Shown here: positions 12,096 through 27,183 of the stretch, piece by piece
Numbering within the stretch: the stretch's first letter is position 1
Layout of the letters: each line of letters starts with the position of its first letter
Source: the human T2T-CHM13v2.0 reference genome, Homo sapiens
Length of the DNA stretch: 64,000 nucleotides
Assembly: GCF_009914755.1 (NCBI RefSeq)
Contig: NC_060937.1
Direction: 5' to 3' (one strand)
Made by a program: the position numbers and the translations under genes
Notes under the pieces: generated by a model
Told to the model about the DNA's origin: nothing
The model's database searches: none
Seen by the model: the letters and a program-made list of their open reading frames with translations, nothing else

Positions 12096-12398
12096 GGCCA
12101 GGTGCAGTGGCTCATGTCTGTAACACTGGCACTCTGGGAGGCCGAGGCGGGCGGATCACTTGAGGTCAGGAGTTCGAGACCAGCCTGGCCAACATGGTGA
12201 AAGCCCATCTCTGCGAAAAATAAAAAAATTAGCGAAGTGTGGTGGTGGGCGCCCGTAATCCCAGCTACAGTCAGGAGGCTGAGGCAGGAGAATCGCTTGA
12301 ACCTGGGTGGCAGAGTTTGCAGTGAGCCGAGATTGTGCCACTGAGCTCCAGCCTGGATGACAGAGCAAGACTATGTCTCAAAACAAAACAAAACAAAA
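12096..12398 (+). mobile_element. Alu (AluS-like)
   Basis: Full dimer with (AAAAC)n tail; imperfect TSD aatctagatcca / aacctagaacca. Confidence 0.97.
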
Positions 12399-12465
12399 CC
12401 TAGAACCAGACGTTTGGGGATACAACATCTGCTTCTGTAACCTGTGTTTAGCCCACTCAGCACAC

Positions 12466-12765
<300 letters not shown>

Positions 12766-12802
12766 AGAACAGTTTTAACCATAAGTTAAGAACACCATCT
12801 AT

Positions 12803-13114
12803 AGGCAGAGTGCAGTGGTTCACGCCTGTAATCTCAGCACTTTGGGAGGCTGGGGCAGGTGAATCACTTGAGGTCAGGAGTTGGAGACCAGCCTGGCCAA
12901 CATGGCAAAACCCCGTCTCTGCCAAAAATACAAAAATTAGCCAGGCATGGTGGCACACGCCTGTAATCCCAGCTACTCAGGAGGCTGAGGCATGAGAATC
13001 ACTTGAACCAAGGAGGCAGAGGTTGTAGTGAGCTGAGATCACCTCACTGCACTCCACCCTGGGTGAGAGAGAGAGACTCCCTCTCAAAAAAAAAAAAAAA
13101 AAAAAATTAAAAAA
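12803..13114 (+). mobile_element. Alu (AluS-like)
   Basis: Full dimer, poly(A), TSD gaacaccatctata on both sides. Confidence 0.97.
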
Positions 13115-14196
13115 AGGAACACCATCTATAACAAATGACCATCTTCAAAAACATCTTATGATGTTTCCATTCAGCACTCAAAGCACTGAGAGAACGTTAC
13201 CTACATTCCTTTTAGAAGGTAGTATACACTGACATCATCTAAAAATGGAATCATTAGTATATTTTTTGGAATGAATCTACTACAAGATATTTACTTGAGG
13301 AAGAAAAACCTCTCAGACCTCAAAGTCAACCTCTGGACGTATCTCAAAATGGAAGAGGGACCCATCAAATTTATACAGAAAGTAGATGATAGCTTACTAT
13401 TAGAGAAAACTGTCAAAACAAGCACTACCCACCAAAAGTAACGGTGACAAAACAGAAGTTGAAGAAGACAGTAATCAAGAGTCTATGGCTAAGAGGTGTC
13501 GAGGAGTGCTGTGGGGCAGCAGGGGCTCTGGAGGCAAAAGAGTGTGACCGACTCCTGACTATGCCAGAGAATGGCTCTGAAACAAGACCTTTGCTTCCAT
13601 ACATGGGAAGTGGAGATGACACGACCCACCAGAGCAGTGTTTGGTGGATTAAAGATGCTGCCCATGACCCACCTGGCACATTTTCACTCTGTCATTGTCC
13701 CTTTGCCTTTCCTGCATGGAGAATCTCCTTCCTGCATGCTGCTTAAACAGAGTACTATCTGAAATCATTTAGGCGGGATCTCTTGATGCCCAGGGCTTAT
13801 GAAGAGGTGCTTGACTCTGGCCAGTAAGGACCTATTTGGGAATGGATAGCGGACCCCCTTTCTTCTAGTGGTGTCCCCTACTTATTATGCCTGCTATCTA
13901 GCTGCTTAACAGTCAGTACTCGTCCAGTGGGCAGAACCAAGCACTGTACTAGAACAAAAAGTGTCTAAAACACCGTGACAGGAAGGAGGAAGGGCAGGAT
14001 AGGAGTAAGAGAACAGCTGAGAGACTGAACAAGTGTGGAGACAGCACAATGGCTATATATTTTTTTTCTTTTACATGATTAAAGAACTTCACGAAAATAT
14101 TTAGCCTGTAAAATATCCAAAAATATTCATGTGATAAAAAAAATTCCTGAACCAGGCAAATAAAAACCTGTTCCCATTGTAATCATCACAACTTTT

Positions 14197-14492
14197 TGTT
14201 GTTGTTGTTGTTGAGACGGGGTCTCGCTCTGTTGCCCGCACTGGAGTGCAGTGGTGTGATTTCGGCTCACCACAACCTCTGCCTCCCGGGTTCAAGTGAT
14301 TCTCCTGCCTCAGACTCCTGACTAGCTGGGACTACCGGCGTATGCCACCATGCCCAGCTAATTTTTGTATTTTTAGTAGAGAAGGAGTTTCACTATGTTG
14401 GCCAGGCTGGTCTCGAACTCCTGACCTTGTGATCAGCCCGCCTCGGCTTCCCAAAGTGCTGGTATTACAGGCATGAGCCACTGTGCCTGGCC
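14197..14492 (-). mobile_element. Alu (AluS-like)
   Basis: (GTT)n tail and full reverse dimer. Confidence 0.97.
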
Positions 14493-14493
14493 T

Positions 14494-14990
<497 letters not shown>

Positions 14991-15115
14991 AATGTTTAAA
15001 CAACCCATCAAAATTCATCAGAATGATTTACTTCCAACAGCAAAGTTTTACTTGGCATGCTAGTAGTTTTAAATCATCTTATCTTTTAATATTTAATGTA
15101 TCTGTGTGAAGGGGT

Positions 15116-15186
15116 TTCCTCCTAAGTCCCTCACAAATGTAAAACACATTTCCTTCCTCCTAAGTCCCTCACAAATGTAAAACACA
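15116..15186. repeat. Tandem duplication, 38-bp period
   Basis: ttcctcctaagtccctcacaaatgtaaaacaca identical at 15116-15148 and 15154-15186. Confidence 0.95.
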
Positions 15187-16521
15187 CCCTGGGGTGGGCA
15201 CTTATCCCAAGCCAAGGCTGGTGCTTTGAGCACGTTCTGGCATTTATTTATGCTGCGCCTCCACATACCTGGAGGCACAGATGCTGCTGGCTCAGTCAGG
15301 CAGAACCTGTCAGGCGTTAAGGCTTATCTTTCCCTTGAAATCCCTTATTAAAAAAATAAAAAGCAAAGACACCTAAAAAATAAATTTAGGAATAACCATC
15401 CAGAGGTAGTGTGCATTTACTGTTCTCCTACAGTGCTGGGCACACCAGCCTTGCCACACAATGCCAATATTTAGAGATTGATCAGATTACATAAATGCTA
15501 ACTGCATGCTTTAAAACTAGAAGTATTAACTACTACTAATTTTCAGTGCTATAAGACAATGTAAAACGCCTTTTCTGTTTCAGTATCTGTGTATACCTTT
15601 TGACAACAGGGAAATTAATCAAGCTATTGCTGAACAATGACTGTTTATTTAGCTTTCTTATTTTAAATGTCAGCAGTACTCCTGCTGACAGACAGGACTT
15701 ATTGCTCCTCGATTGTCGTGATGTTTGTATTGTGCAAATAACACCAATAGCAAAGCCTTGCACTAAGCATGTTTTGCCTACTAGGTTAGTAATCAGGTTA
15801 TTTAAAAAAAAAGGCATCAACGCTTATTATTTAAGCTGCTGTGTCACAAGACATCAAACTTTCAAGTGGACTAAATATTTTGGGTCAATTTGAATAAACG
15901 TGTCATCCTGTCAGTCAGAGCTGTCTGAAACTGAAGTGAGTTTCCTTGTGAAAAAGTGAGTTTCCCATCATCAGAACTGTATGGGCAAAGAGCTTTCTCC
16001 AGCCCATTCTGTACAGAGTCCTTCGCAGTCACTCAGAAACTGAATCCGACAGGCTTGGGAGCTTCCTGAGCTGAATTCTCGCAGTGGCCGAATTGCATAA
16101 GGGCTTCTTGATTTCTGTCCCCCGTGACAGTCATAACCATGCAACCATCTCTATAACAACTGAAGCACGGAGCTTGGGAGTCATCCTTGATATCACACTC
16201 ACCCTCCTCCATGCCAACATAAAACTGATCTTGGCACTACCTGCCTTAAAAATACTGTAATTGGTTTCTCATAGTCCTCAGAATAAACACCAACTCTCTT
16301 TCACAGTATCCACAATGCCCTGCCCGACCTGACGCCCACTTACCTTCCAGCCTCATTTTGTGCCTAATACTCCTCTTTCAATCTCACCTCCGTGCCCCTC
16401 CCTCCCCCAAGTGGCAATGAAAAGGCTGCTGGGAAGAAGGGAAACATGGTGGAGTCAAGGTGTGGACCAAACCATGAGCAGTGGTGTCACTGCTAAAAAC
16501 CTTCCCAAGGAGGTTCTTTGT

Positions 16522-17540
16522 TTTTAATTAAATTTTAAATTTCAGGATAGTTTTATATTTACTGAAAAACTGTGATGGAGTCAAGAGAGTTCCTCCACAC
16601 TCCACACTCAGCCAGTTTCCCCTATCATTAATATCTTTCATCATGTGGCACATCTGTCACAACTCACAAACCAGTATTGACAGAATATTGTTAGCTCCAG
16701 CTACACTTTAGTCAGATTGCCCTGGTACGATCAAAACTAGCTGTCTTTTTTCTGTTCCAGGACCAACCAGGGGACCATACTACATGTAGCTGCCGTGTCT
16801 CCTTAGGCTCCTCTAGACTGTGTCAGCTTCTCAGACTTCGTTTTCAATGACCTTGACAGTTTTGAGGAGTACTGCTTAGGCAGTTTGCAGAATGTCCTGA
16901 ATTTGGTGTGTCTGGCGTTTTTCTCATTATGAGACTGGGGTTATGGGTTTCTGGGAGGAAAACTTCCCATCATATTATATCAAGGATGCATACTGTCCAC
17001 ATGACGCATCACTGATGCTGACCTTGATCATCTGACTGAGGTCGTATTTGTCATTTCCCCCGCTGTCTCTAGAGTGCTCTGGACGGAACTCACTCTGCAC
17101 TGCCCACATAATGAGTGGGGAGTTATGTTCCACTTCCCTAAGGTGGGGAGTATGTACATAAATTACTTGGAACTCTTCTCTATGGGAGATTATTCTATTC
17201 TATTCATTTAATCATTTATATCAATATGGACTCATGGATATGTATTTAATACTTTGTATCACATCCCAAGACTGTGATTTATTTGGCTGCTGGAGTTGGC
17301 CCAGGTTGGGGCACTGGGAGCTCTTTCAGTGGGCCCCTGCTGCGATGACACATGCGCCCATCACTGTGTGTGTTTCTGGGCACTTCCTTCCTTTCTGGCA
17401 CTATAAGATGCTTCATGCTCATCTTCTGTCTTCCTTGTTCCAGCCCTGGAATCAGCCATTTCTCCAAGGAGCCTTGGTTCCTCTTACTGGAGAATGGTGT
17501 AAACCCAATTTCTGGGTGCTGATGTGCTCCGTGCTGCTGG
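16522..17540 (-). mobile_element. L1MC/MD-type 3' UTR
   Basis: ttctgttccaggac ... gtctccttaggctcctctagactgtg ... gaccttgacagttttgaggagtactg ... ccatttctccaaggagccttggttcct. Confidence 0.8.
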
Positions 17541-19387
17541 AACTGAGAACTGTTTTTAAAGAAACTAGTAGATAGATATCTTCATTGTTTGCATTAATCT
17601 TCTTGGAGCATGGAGGTGATTCTTTGGAGTATAAACCATAATTCTCTGGTTTGTTTCTTAAACAAAAAAAATTTAATAAGCTAGAAGAGATGATATAGGA
17701 TAATATGGCAAAAGCGAGTGTGTTTGGCAGACTATAAATAAAGCTCTACAGAAACGTAAGGTATTATATTTTAATCAGCTTAAGGTAAGGCCCTGCGGGC
17801 TTCTAGACTTTGGTTTGGTGAGTCAGTCTGATGCGAAAAAACAAACAAAATCGAGTTTCAGTTTGTTGAGAATTGACTCATTTAGCTACTACTATTTCTT
17901 TCCATCTGATCTGATGTTTGGTCCATTTGAAAAACTCCATAAAGTTATTATTTAGTATCTCTACTTGCATACTGCTTTTGGCCAGAGAGATTCTGATTAG
18001 AAAGGAGCATGGAAATAAAGTTGTTTAATATTTACAAATAACCTCCTGGAATGCTAAAATCTTGGACTTTATCCTTTCCCTTCCCCTCCCCTCAGATTCT
18101 TTGCGGAAGAGTTGAAGAAAGAGAGCATAAGGAATTCTGTAACCAGAGGCAGAACCCAAAACTAACTGGGCCATGTCCTGCTTACATGGCTGTGGGGAGA
18201 ATCTTTCCATCAGGACCCCCATGGCTAAAAATGGTTATAAACTAAATTGACAGCTTTGCCACAAAAGTCTAAAGGAGCTCACAGGAAGAGGAAGATTTTA
18301 TTGTTGATCAGTGGATGTCAGGCAGGTCTCTCCAATGTCAATGAGAATAGATAGGTTGCGACATTAAAAAAAAAAAAAACTTGGAGATCGTTAAGAGAAC
18401 CATCAGGGCCCAAGACCCACATTGCTTACATCTCTTGCCTTCTAAAGGCCAGGTCACTTTCATGTCAGAATGTAAGGATCAACAGAGAAAAATGTGGGCA
18501 AGGCAGCACAGAGGGTATGAACACTGACAAAGTTTCATTATTTATAAAAATAGGGACAATATGACCTGTGTTATAGGGGATTAAACTTATCAGAGGATAA
18601 GTAAAATCTGAACCTAAAAACTCAGTAAGAGGGATTTACCTAAAAATTTTACATAACATAAAACACAAAAAGACCAAATAGTTTACAGAGGGCAATATGA
18701 AAACTTGCATGAGTAATACAATTGCCATTCACAAACTGCTGAAGTAATATAGTTTCCATTCCTAATATCTATATAATTCTACCAGTCTATTTGCTGTAGT
18801 AAGAAACAATTCTGCTTCCTAGTGGGGGCAAAGTATTACTTCCTTGCTATTCACAAGCCTCAGCATATCTGTCTTTTTAGAAAACTGCACATTTTCTGAA
18901 GTGGCTGTAATGGAAACTGAACCTTAGATCATGCTCACCATAGCATACTTAACAAATATTCTAGTATATATTTTATAAAATGGTAAAATGAATGGAAATG
19001 CCATATCATCATGGTTTATTTTAAGCAAAAACCTTAAGTTATCTTATTACTCAGAAATGTGATTTAACATAAGCCAAAAACCATTGTGGGGGTATGAGAT
19101 GAACAGCAGAAAACCTTAACATTGACAATGAGAGTTAAACCTCACCCCAGATGTCTCAGCAATTAAGAAAGTTGGTTTCAGTCAGGTATTGCCACATGTG
19201 TTTAGTGGAGGATTAAGTGACTGAATGTCATGCCTATAATATATATATTTATGTAAGCTATGAATGTGTTTAAAAATAGACAAGGCCATACTGTCAATCT
19301 GCAAAGCTACTGCCACACGTCTGTACACACACCCCACCCCCTTCAGAGATTAAAAAAAGGAGAAGCAGATTAAAAAGAAGTGCTTTG

Positions 19388-19700
<313 letters not shown>

Positions 19701-21369
19701 AAAAAAAGAAGTGTTTTGAAGTCAAATCACATTTTACCTCCCGCAAGGAAATTAAGTGACTTTCCTAAGTAATTTATAGACAGTAAGTAGCAGAGTCACT
19801 GACTGCAAATCCAATTCTATTTCACCATGTGATTGCTTTCTTTCTCTGGGGAAGAAAATACTGTTTTAACCACTATTATGTTGCCTTCAAATGGTATTTG
19901 GTGTGTTAGGCTTTTTAAGAAAGCCCCTGCTGCTGCAACTTGTCTTTTTTCCTGTGAGGATCACTCTATGTAAAGTTAAGTAATGGAAAACTTCTGAATA
20001 AATACCTTGCAGCCAAGAGTTAGAGAGCATAGATACATGGTTGCCTAGCAGTGGCCTTTAACTGATGAATGTAAAGCAAACATCAGGGAAAAAAGAAAGT
20101 AGAGGAATCCTGTGTGCTCAGGGACTTCCTTGAATAGGGTGTTGGCCTCTAGCTGGTGAGGACTAGAAATGGCCGAGGGACTCAGAGCTCTGAGCAGAGC
20201 CCTGTTCCCAAGGGATGACTCATTCTGAAAAAGACAAATAATCTAAAAGTTTGCCTATGTAGAACTTATTATTCAAAGATCAAAAGCATTCCCTATTTGA
20301 CTTCTCTGAATTTGTATCATTCAAAGAGCACAAATATGAATACAAAGGTATTCTGACCCTAAGAAACACAGTCTTATAACTAAGGAGGTAAAAAAAAGTT
20401 GTGATTTGGTTAGGGAGGTACATAGTTTGAAGGCAGGTGTTCTATTTCTTTCCATTTTGCTATGTAATATAATTCTTTACATTTATCCAGGAAGCAGTTA
20501 AACAAAAATATATAAGGTACCTATAAAAAGTTACATTTTCATAGAAGAATACTGCCAACGAGATCCTGTATGCTTTTACATTACAAATCTCAGTAATTTC
20601 ACCCATCACTCCTGGTAATACCCCAGTGTTAAGGCTGTGAGCCAACACCTAAGACCTGCTGTTTTGGGGTACAGACTGACTGCCTCCAAGAAAATGAGAA
20701 GCCACTACTATGGGTCTTAGCTTACAAATCCAGCCCTATGAAGTGACAACTGGCATAACCCTCTTTGCATGTCCCCCATTCATCTCTGACATGAAACAAA
20801 TCATGTGAATTAATGAGATCTGACAGAACAGCATTAAGAAAAATATTAAAATGTAAAAGTAGAATTGTTCTATTGTTTGTGTTAACTAAAATCTGAATAC
20901 TTAATCATCTCTGGTTTGAATGATGGACTTCTTTTTCTCTCATATGTGAATTTTAGTGCAGAAAATATTAAGTTTCTTAACACAAAATTGTTTTGGATAA
21001 AGAACAGAATTTTTGAGAGTTAGTTGCAACATTCTGGGAAGCCGACTAGAAAAGCACACCAGCCAAAAGATAAACACTGAAAAAGATTTACATTTTTTTC
21101 TTTTGATGGTATCTCCTATCAGCAAATGTTGAGGTGTAGCAGCATGGCCTGGGAAAGGATGAGCCAAGCACGGCTGCCAGGAACACACACCTCACAGAAA
21201 CTCACCGCTTATTTCCGCCTTAGCTCGGGGTGGGCTGGCGCTACCAACCACCAGCCAAAAGTATACAATGTACCCAATCAGTAGCTTATTATGATGTGCC
21301 TATTGTTTCACTTTTGCCTGGGTCTGGAACAGACCCTGAACTAGATGTCCTGTCTGACAGTACAGGCAG

Positions 21370-21590
21370 CTGAAGAGCTTGGTCTGCTTGCTGCCTGAGG
21401 TCCTGGTTCAATCCCTGGCTCTTCCACATACTGCCTTGTTACATAAGCAGAGGGCCTAACCTGCTTATTGTCTATAAAACGGGGATCATAACTCCTACCT
21501 CATAGGGTTACTAAGAAGAGTCAATCAACAGATACATGGTAATCCCTAAAACCATCCCCAGAGGTGGAAAGTTCAATAAGGACCAGTAAG
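21370..21590 (+). mobile_element. MIR
   Basis: cctggttcaatccctggctcttcca ... tctataaaacggggatcataactcctacctcatagggtt. Confidence 0.7.
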
Positions 21591-21746
21591 GACTAGCTGT
21601 AAATGATGGCTGTGTCAGCATGCACACTTCCTCACTCTTCACAAAGCTGATGGAATGAATGCAGTCTCCAAAAGAGCAGGATGTTTGTCTAAGCGTCTTT
21701 CACTACTTCACCTCTGGCACATGGAATCATGTCTGGCACATAATTA

Positions 21747-21829
21747 GCACTTCACAAATATTTGCTGAATAAATGAATGGCTGAAGGCACTGCACAAATA
21801 TTTGCTGAATAAATGAATGGCTGAAGGCA
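21747..21829. repeat. Tandem duplication, 40-bp period, at an L2 3' end
   Basis: gcact(t/g)cacaaatatttgctgaataaatgaatggctgaag twice with one mismatch. Confidence 0.95.
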
Positions 21830-22583
21830 AGAATCTGGAATTCTGCTAAAAAGGAGTACAGGCATTAGATTCAACAGTCTTAGGCAAGGAGACATTTAAA
21901 TCACACTCATGACTACCCAGACACACTCAATTACTACAATGAAAACACTTCTCCAATATTGAAAGTTATTTCCTATATGCACTTTTTCAGATAGCCAGAA
22001 AACTTTTCAGATAGTCAAGCTCAGCTGCAAATATAACCATCAATATATTGCAATTATCTAGTAACATTCATATCTTCCTATAAATATTTGTAAGCATGTT
22101 TCAATGTTCTTATATTCATACATGAAAAATCATGATGATCACTTCCATTTACAATTAAATTTTCAGTAAAAATACTCAAATAAAAAATTACTGAGAAAAT
22201 TACATAGAAAAAAAGAATTGTAATACCTTAAAGATATTAAGTTCTAATTTTTCAACAGGTAAAAAAACAAATCTAACCCAATGCCTTGGAATTTCTTGAA
22301 AATATGTAGTTTTAAACTTTCAGAAAAAGAAATAAAGGAATAAAAAATAAATGAGTTCTTTAGACTAAAAAAAAAACACTGTGACCTGTTAAAATCTAAA
22401 GGAAAATTTTCTAAGAGTTTATGACAAATAAAAAATTTTTCTATTAGAGTATAAGTAACACTTTGAAAGCTAAAACCTGAATCTTTATCCTGGTACTTGA
22501 ATAAATCATGGCAACTAAAAATTAATTTACTTAGGACACAGTGAGACAGATGCTTAGAACACAATGCACAGCTAAGACATTTC

Positions 22584-22898
<315 letters not shown>

Positions 22899-23354
22899 TA
22901 AAACATTTTCTTTAAATGAAAAAAACATATGGAGAAAACATAAATCAGCTTTCATTATAGATGGTGCCATTTTGGTTTTGTTTTACCTTCAACCATGAGC
23001 ATGGGCTCCCTGCCTCCACCGTGGGCCAGCATCTCCCTGCGATAGCGCTCCCCGGCAGCCCTGGGGAAGAGAGGTTCTGTTACAGACTCCTGCTTGCACA
23101 GCCTCCATTCACACTTGTCTTGAATTCTCAAAGAAAGCCACACTGATGCCATATTCATAAAAGCTGCCACCATGTGACAATTTGGCCCCTATTTTCTTGC
23201 TTCTAAAAATCAAATTCTGGCTTTTAAATTGTTCTAAAATAAATTAAATCAGGTGTGACATATTCCCTGTAAGAGGATAACTATACTTTTGGCTATCTGT
23301 TCTGTTAACAAGAGACCTCACTTTATAAAAATAATTAACTTATGTATTATACAA

Positions 23355-23870
23355 TAGCTGTCCCCAATCTTTCTGGCACCAGGGACTGGTTTTGTGAAAG
23401 ACAATTTTTCCACAGACGAGGGCTGATGGGGGAGGGATGGTTTCAGGATGATTCAAGAACATTACATTTACGGTGCACTTTATTATTACATTATACATTG
23501 TAATATATAGTGAAATGATTATACAACTCACCATAATGTAGAATCAGTGGGAGCCCTGAGCTTGTTTTTCTACAACTAGATGGTACCATCCAGGGGTGAT
23601 GGGAGACAGTGACAGATCATCAGGCCTCAGAGTCTCATAAGGAGTGCCCATCCTAGATCCTTGTGAGAGGATCATAAGGATCACATGCGCAGTTCACAGT
23701 AGGGTTCCTGCTCCTATGAGAATCTAATGCTGCCACTAATTCAACAGGAGATGGATGGGGAGCGGCTGCAAATACAGATGAAGCTTCACTTGCTCACCCA
23801 CCCACCACACCTCCTGCTGTGTGGCCCAGTTCCCAGTACCAGTCTGTGGCCTGGGGGTTGGGGACTCCTG
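23355..23870. mobile_element. MER1A (hAT-Charlie)
   Basis: Terminal inverted repeats (tgtccccaa ... ttggggac), MER1A body, degenerate 8-bp TSD ttatacaa / ttacagaa. Confidence 0.88.
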
Positions 23871-24183
23871 TTACAGAATAAGTAAAATATTACATTTTAT
23901 TCTCTATAAAAATAGTTTTGTGATTATTTTAAATGAGGCTTGAAATTATACCATTAAGAAATAATTTGTGATGGCACCTAATAAAGAAGAGAAAAAGAAC
24001 ACTCTAAAACAAGAGTGAAGGAAGAGAAGCTGGCAGGAAAAGGTTAATTACACCAGAAAACCTTGGTTCAGGATAACAGTTAACGGATCAGCAAACTCCA
24101 CTGGAGTGTGCGGGTGATAAAGGCACAGTGGAGGCTGCCTTGTTCCCGTCTTCTGGTACTCTGTGTCACCTGGATATGCCTAC

Positions 24184-24278
24184 CTGACGGAGTTCCACAA
24201 GGAACGCTGTTAATGACAATATGTGAAGGCAGGTTTGGAATAATTTTTGTAGACATAAATCCTCCAAACTAATGGGAC
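24184..24278 (-). other. Candidate 95-nt cassette exon
   Basis: Minus strand acceptor aacttgtttccag| and donor CAG|gtaggc in unique sequence; one frame open (PISLEDLCLQKLFQTCLHILSLTAFLVELRQ) but no recognised homology. Confidence 0.25.
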
Positions 24279-25682
24279 CTGGAAACAAGTTATTTAGTAC
24301 TACTCTTTTGTATTTTATGAAAAATGCAATTCCTTTAACATACATGACTACATACTATGATGAGACAGGTTAAATAAATTTTGATATTGTTTCCATTTGA
24401 GAAGCTCTGGAGCCTCTTTACATGTGGGTCATTTTGTGAACATGGTCTTTAATCAGACTTTTTGATAGCATTACAGTATCAAAAACATGCTGACATCAAA
24501 CACTAGCCCTGGTCACATCCTGAAGTGAGTGCTAAGCGAAGCAGGAAGCCTGGACTGAGGTGGCGCCTCCCCTCAGGGGCAGGGGTGGCTGAGGGGCCCT
24601 GCCTGACTCCCGACCTGGGGTGCTCTGAGGCCCTTCTCAGCCATGGGATGTAGTGCCCTGACCCTAAATCAAATCCCTCCCCACAGGCCTCTAGCTCCTG
24701 GCTTGCCTCAGCTCTGCAATGCCTGGCTTTCTGATGTAGGCTCCAGCCTGGTTATTTCTCAGGAGTGAGATCAAAAAGGAGACTTTGACAGAGGTTAGAA
24801 ATTTTCTAGTCTAGTGAGCATTTTTACTAGCTTACTTTAATATGCCCATAAAAGTATGGCAACTACATGTCTAGGCAAGAATGTACACATAAACAAGATA
24901 TAAATATTTAGAAACGTATATATTTTATAGTATGTACTTTTCTAGTAAAGTATACTTCAAACAAGATGATATTTTGCCTATTTTACAGAAATCTACAGTA
25001 AAAAGTTATAATCCCTGAAACTGATTTACTGATGTCAAGTTTGGCTAAAGATCTTTTAAAAATAAAATCTGAAGAGCAGACCAAATGTCTACAGTCTGCA
25101 AAGGGCAGAAGACAAAATACATGTGAGTACCAAGCTGCAAAATATTTAAAAATTCTATGACATCACATTCAGACTCAAATAATTTGAAACAAATGTGATT
25201 ATTAACTGCTGAGAAAAATCCAAGTCTAAGTCAAATTGTATGACAGACTGAGAGGGTGAGGTGGAGGTGGGAGGGAGAAAAAACCAGGAATGAGAAGACC
25301 TAGATTATAGTCTTAGTCCAGTTTTTAATGGTGAAGTCTGAACAAACTGTTTTCTCTGAGCCTCAGTTTTCTCTTATAAAACGTGCTGGTTTCTGCCAAG
25401 ACTGCTGTGAATACTATGTGAAAACTCTAGGACACTCTAAAAACCAAGATAAAGCAGTAAAAATAGCACTCATCAGCCAAAGTTCCCTGAAAAGAATTTG
25501 GAGATGTAGTTATTTGTGTGGTGAGAAGATAAATGCTATAAACAACTCTGACACCAGATTATAATTACTGGTTTTCTTTCAAAGAAAGAGCCTTCTAAGG
25601 AATCATAGGACCCAAACTTGACAACGTCTTGGTTCCTATTGTTATAGGGATTCCTGTTAGGAGGATCAGGAGGCCAAATCAG

Positions 25683-26038
25683 GGAGCAAAGGGAAGATCT
25701 CCTACATCTCTCCAGCCAGCATGGGATCCTCTGCACCTCCCCAGACAGCACGGGAACCCTCGCACCCTTCACCCAGCACAGGACCCCCACGCACCTCTCC
25801 AGACAGCACGGGATACCCCACCCCCACCAGACAGCACAGGATCCCCCGCAACCCCTCAGCCAGCACAAGATCCCCATACCTCCCCAGACAGCACAGGATT
25901 CCCCACACCCCCAAGACAGCACGGGACGGGATCCCCCACACCCCCCTAGACAGCACAGGATCCCCTGCATCCCCCAGCCACAGCATAGAATCCCTCACAC
26001 CCTCCAGGAAGCAAGGGATCTCCTGTACCTCTCCACCC
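25683..26038. repeat. Degenerate C-rich minisatellite, ~28-30 bp unit, ~11-12 copies
   Basis: Unit about AGACAGCACAGGATCCCCCACACCCCCC; unit starts at 25714, 25743, 25771, 25801, 25829, 25858, 25886, 25914, 25948, 25976, 26006. Confidence 0.92.
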
Positions 26039-26536
26039 AATGGAAGTTTAACCACTACCTGGCCTTTAGAAAGAGATTGGGAAAGCAGGACTACTGATCC
26101 TAGGCACCCCTACTTCCTCCCGACAATGCTCCCAGCCTCTCCAGTGCCTTGTTTTGCCTCCATTCTGTGGAAAGGGGTGGGCATCCCGTATCACGTGGTG
26201 AGGTCAGAAAAGCCAAGAAAACCCACAGGAGCAGCAGGGGCTGCTTCAGGTAGCACAGGAGCCCTCATACAAGGGTTCCCTCAGACACCACACAGCCACC
26301 TCTACACAGTGGCTGCAGGGTAGGGGGATGTCCAGGGCCACCGGTCAGCTGCGGGAAGCAGGAGCAAGCTTGGGTGGGAATGGCCAAGTGGGGCGAGGCT
26401 GTGTGGGGAGCCTGCCACTTTCTGCCAGGTTTGGCTGTGTTATGTGGGCTGCAGTTCTCGAGCCCGACTTCCAGATGTAATAGAGTGGGGAATTACTGTG
26501 GTCCAAGATGGGGACATGTTAGAACTTACCCCCTTA

Positions 26537-26695
<159 letters not shown>

Positions 26696-26828
26696 TCAGT
26701 TTCCACTTGGAGAATATCACATGTGAGAACACAGTGGAGACACAGAGAGACCCGTAAATGCTTTCATTTGCATTTTACCCTAGAAGGCTACGTCACCTAT
26801 GATATCAATATTTTCACATTTTATACAC

Positions 26829-27183
26829 TGTTAGGGCTGAACTGTGTCTCCTGAAAATTCACATGTTGAAACCCAAAGCCATACCTCAGAATGTGACTTA
26901 TTAGGAGACACAGCCTCCAAAGACGTGATTAAGTAAAAGTGAAGCTCTTAGACTGGGCCCTTGCCCAAACTCACTGGTATCTTGGAAGAGGAGGAAAGGT
27001 GGATGCCAGGGTGTGGGCACAGAGGAAAGGCTGTCTGCAAGCCAAAGAGGCCTCGGGAGAAGCCAGATCTGCTGACACCTTGGTCTGGACTTCCAGCCTC
27101 CAAAACAGTGGGAAGTAAATTTCTGTTGTTTAAGCCACATAGTCTCTGGCATTTTGTGAAGGCAGCCTTAGCACACTAAGACA
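26829..27183 (+). mobile_element. MaLR solo LTR (MLT1A/B-like)
   Basis: TG...CA ends, MLT1 motifs (ggacttccagcctccaaaac, tttctgttgtttaagccac), perfect 5-bp TSD TACAC (26824-26828, 27184-27188). Confidence 0.9.

Noticed and set aside
11846-12208. 120-aa minus-strand ORF with protein-like C-terminal half
   Set aside because: Starts inside an Alu, no splice sites bracket the unique part, no recognised homology.
20142-20160. CTCF-like motif tggcctctagctggtga
   Set aside because: Only a partial match; not supportable without scoring or ChIP data.
25683-26038. CRISPR-like periodicity
   Set aside because: Units are contiguous with no unique spacers, and the context is primate DNA with no cas genes.
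25536-26323. Long ORFs of 106-200 aa on both strands
   Set aside because: Produced by the stop-poor minisatellite; repetitive low-complexity translations.
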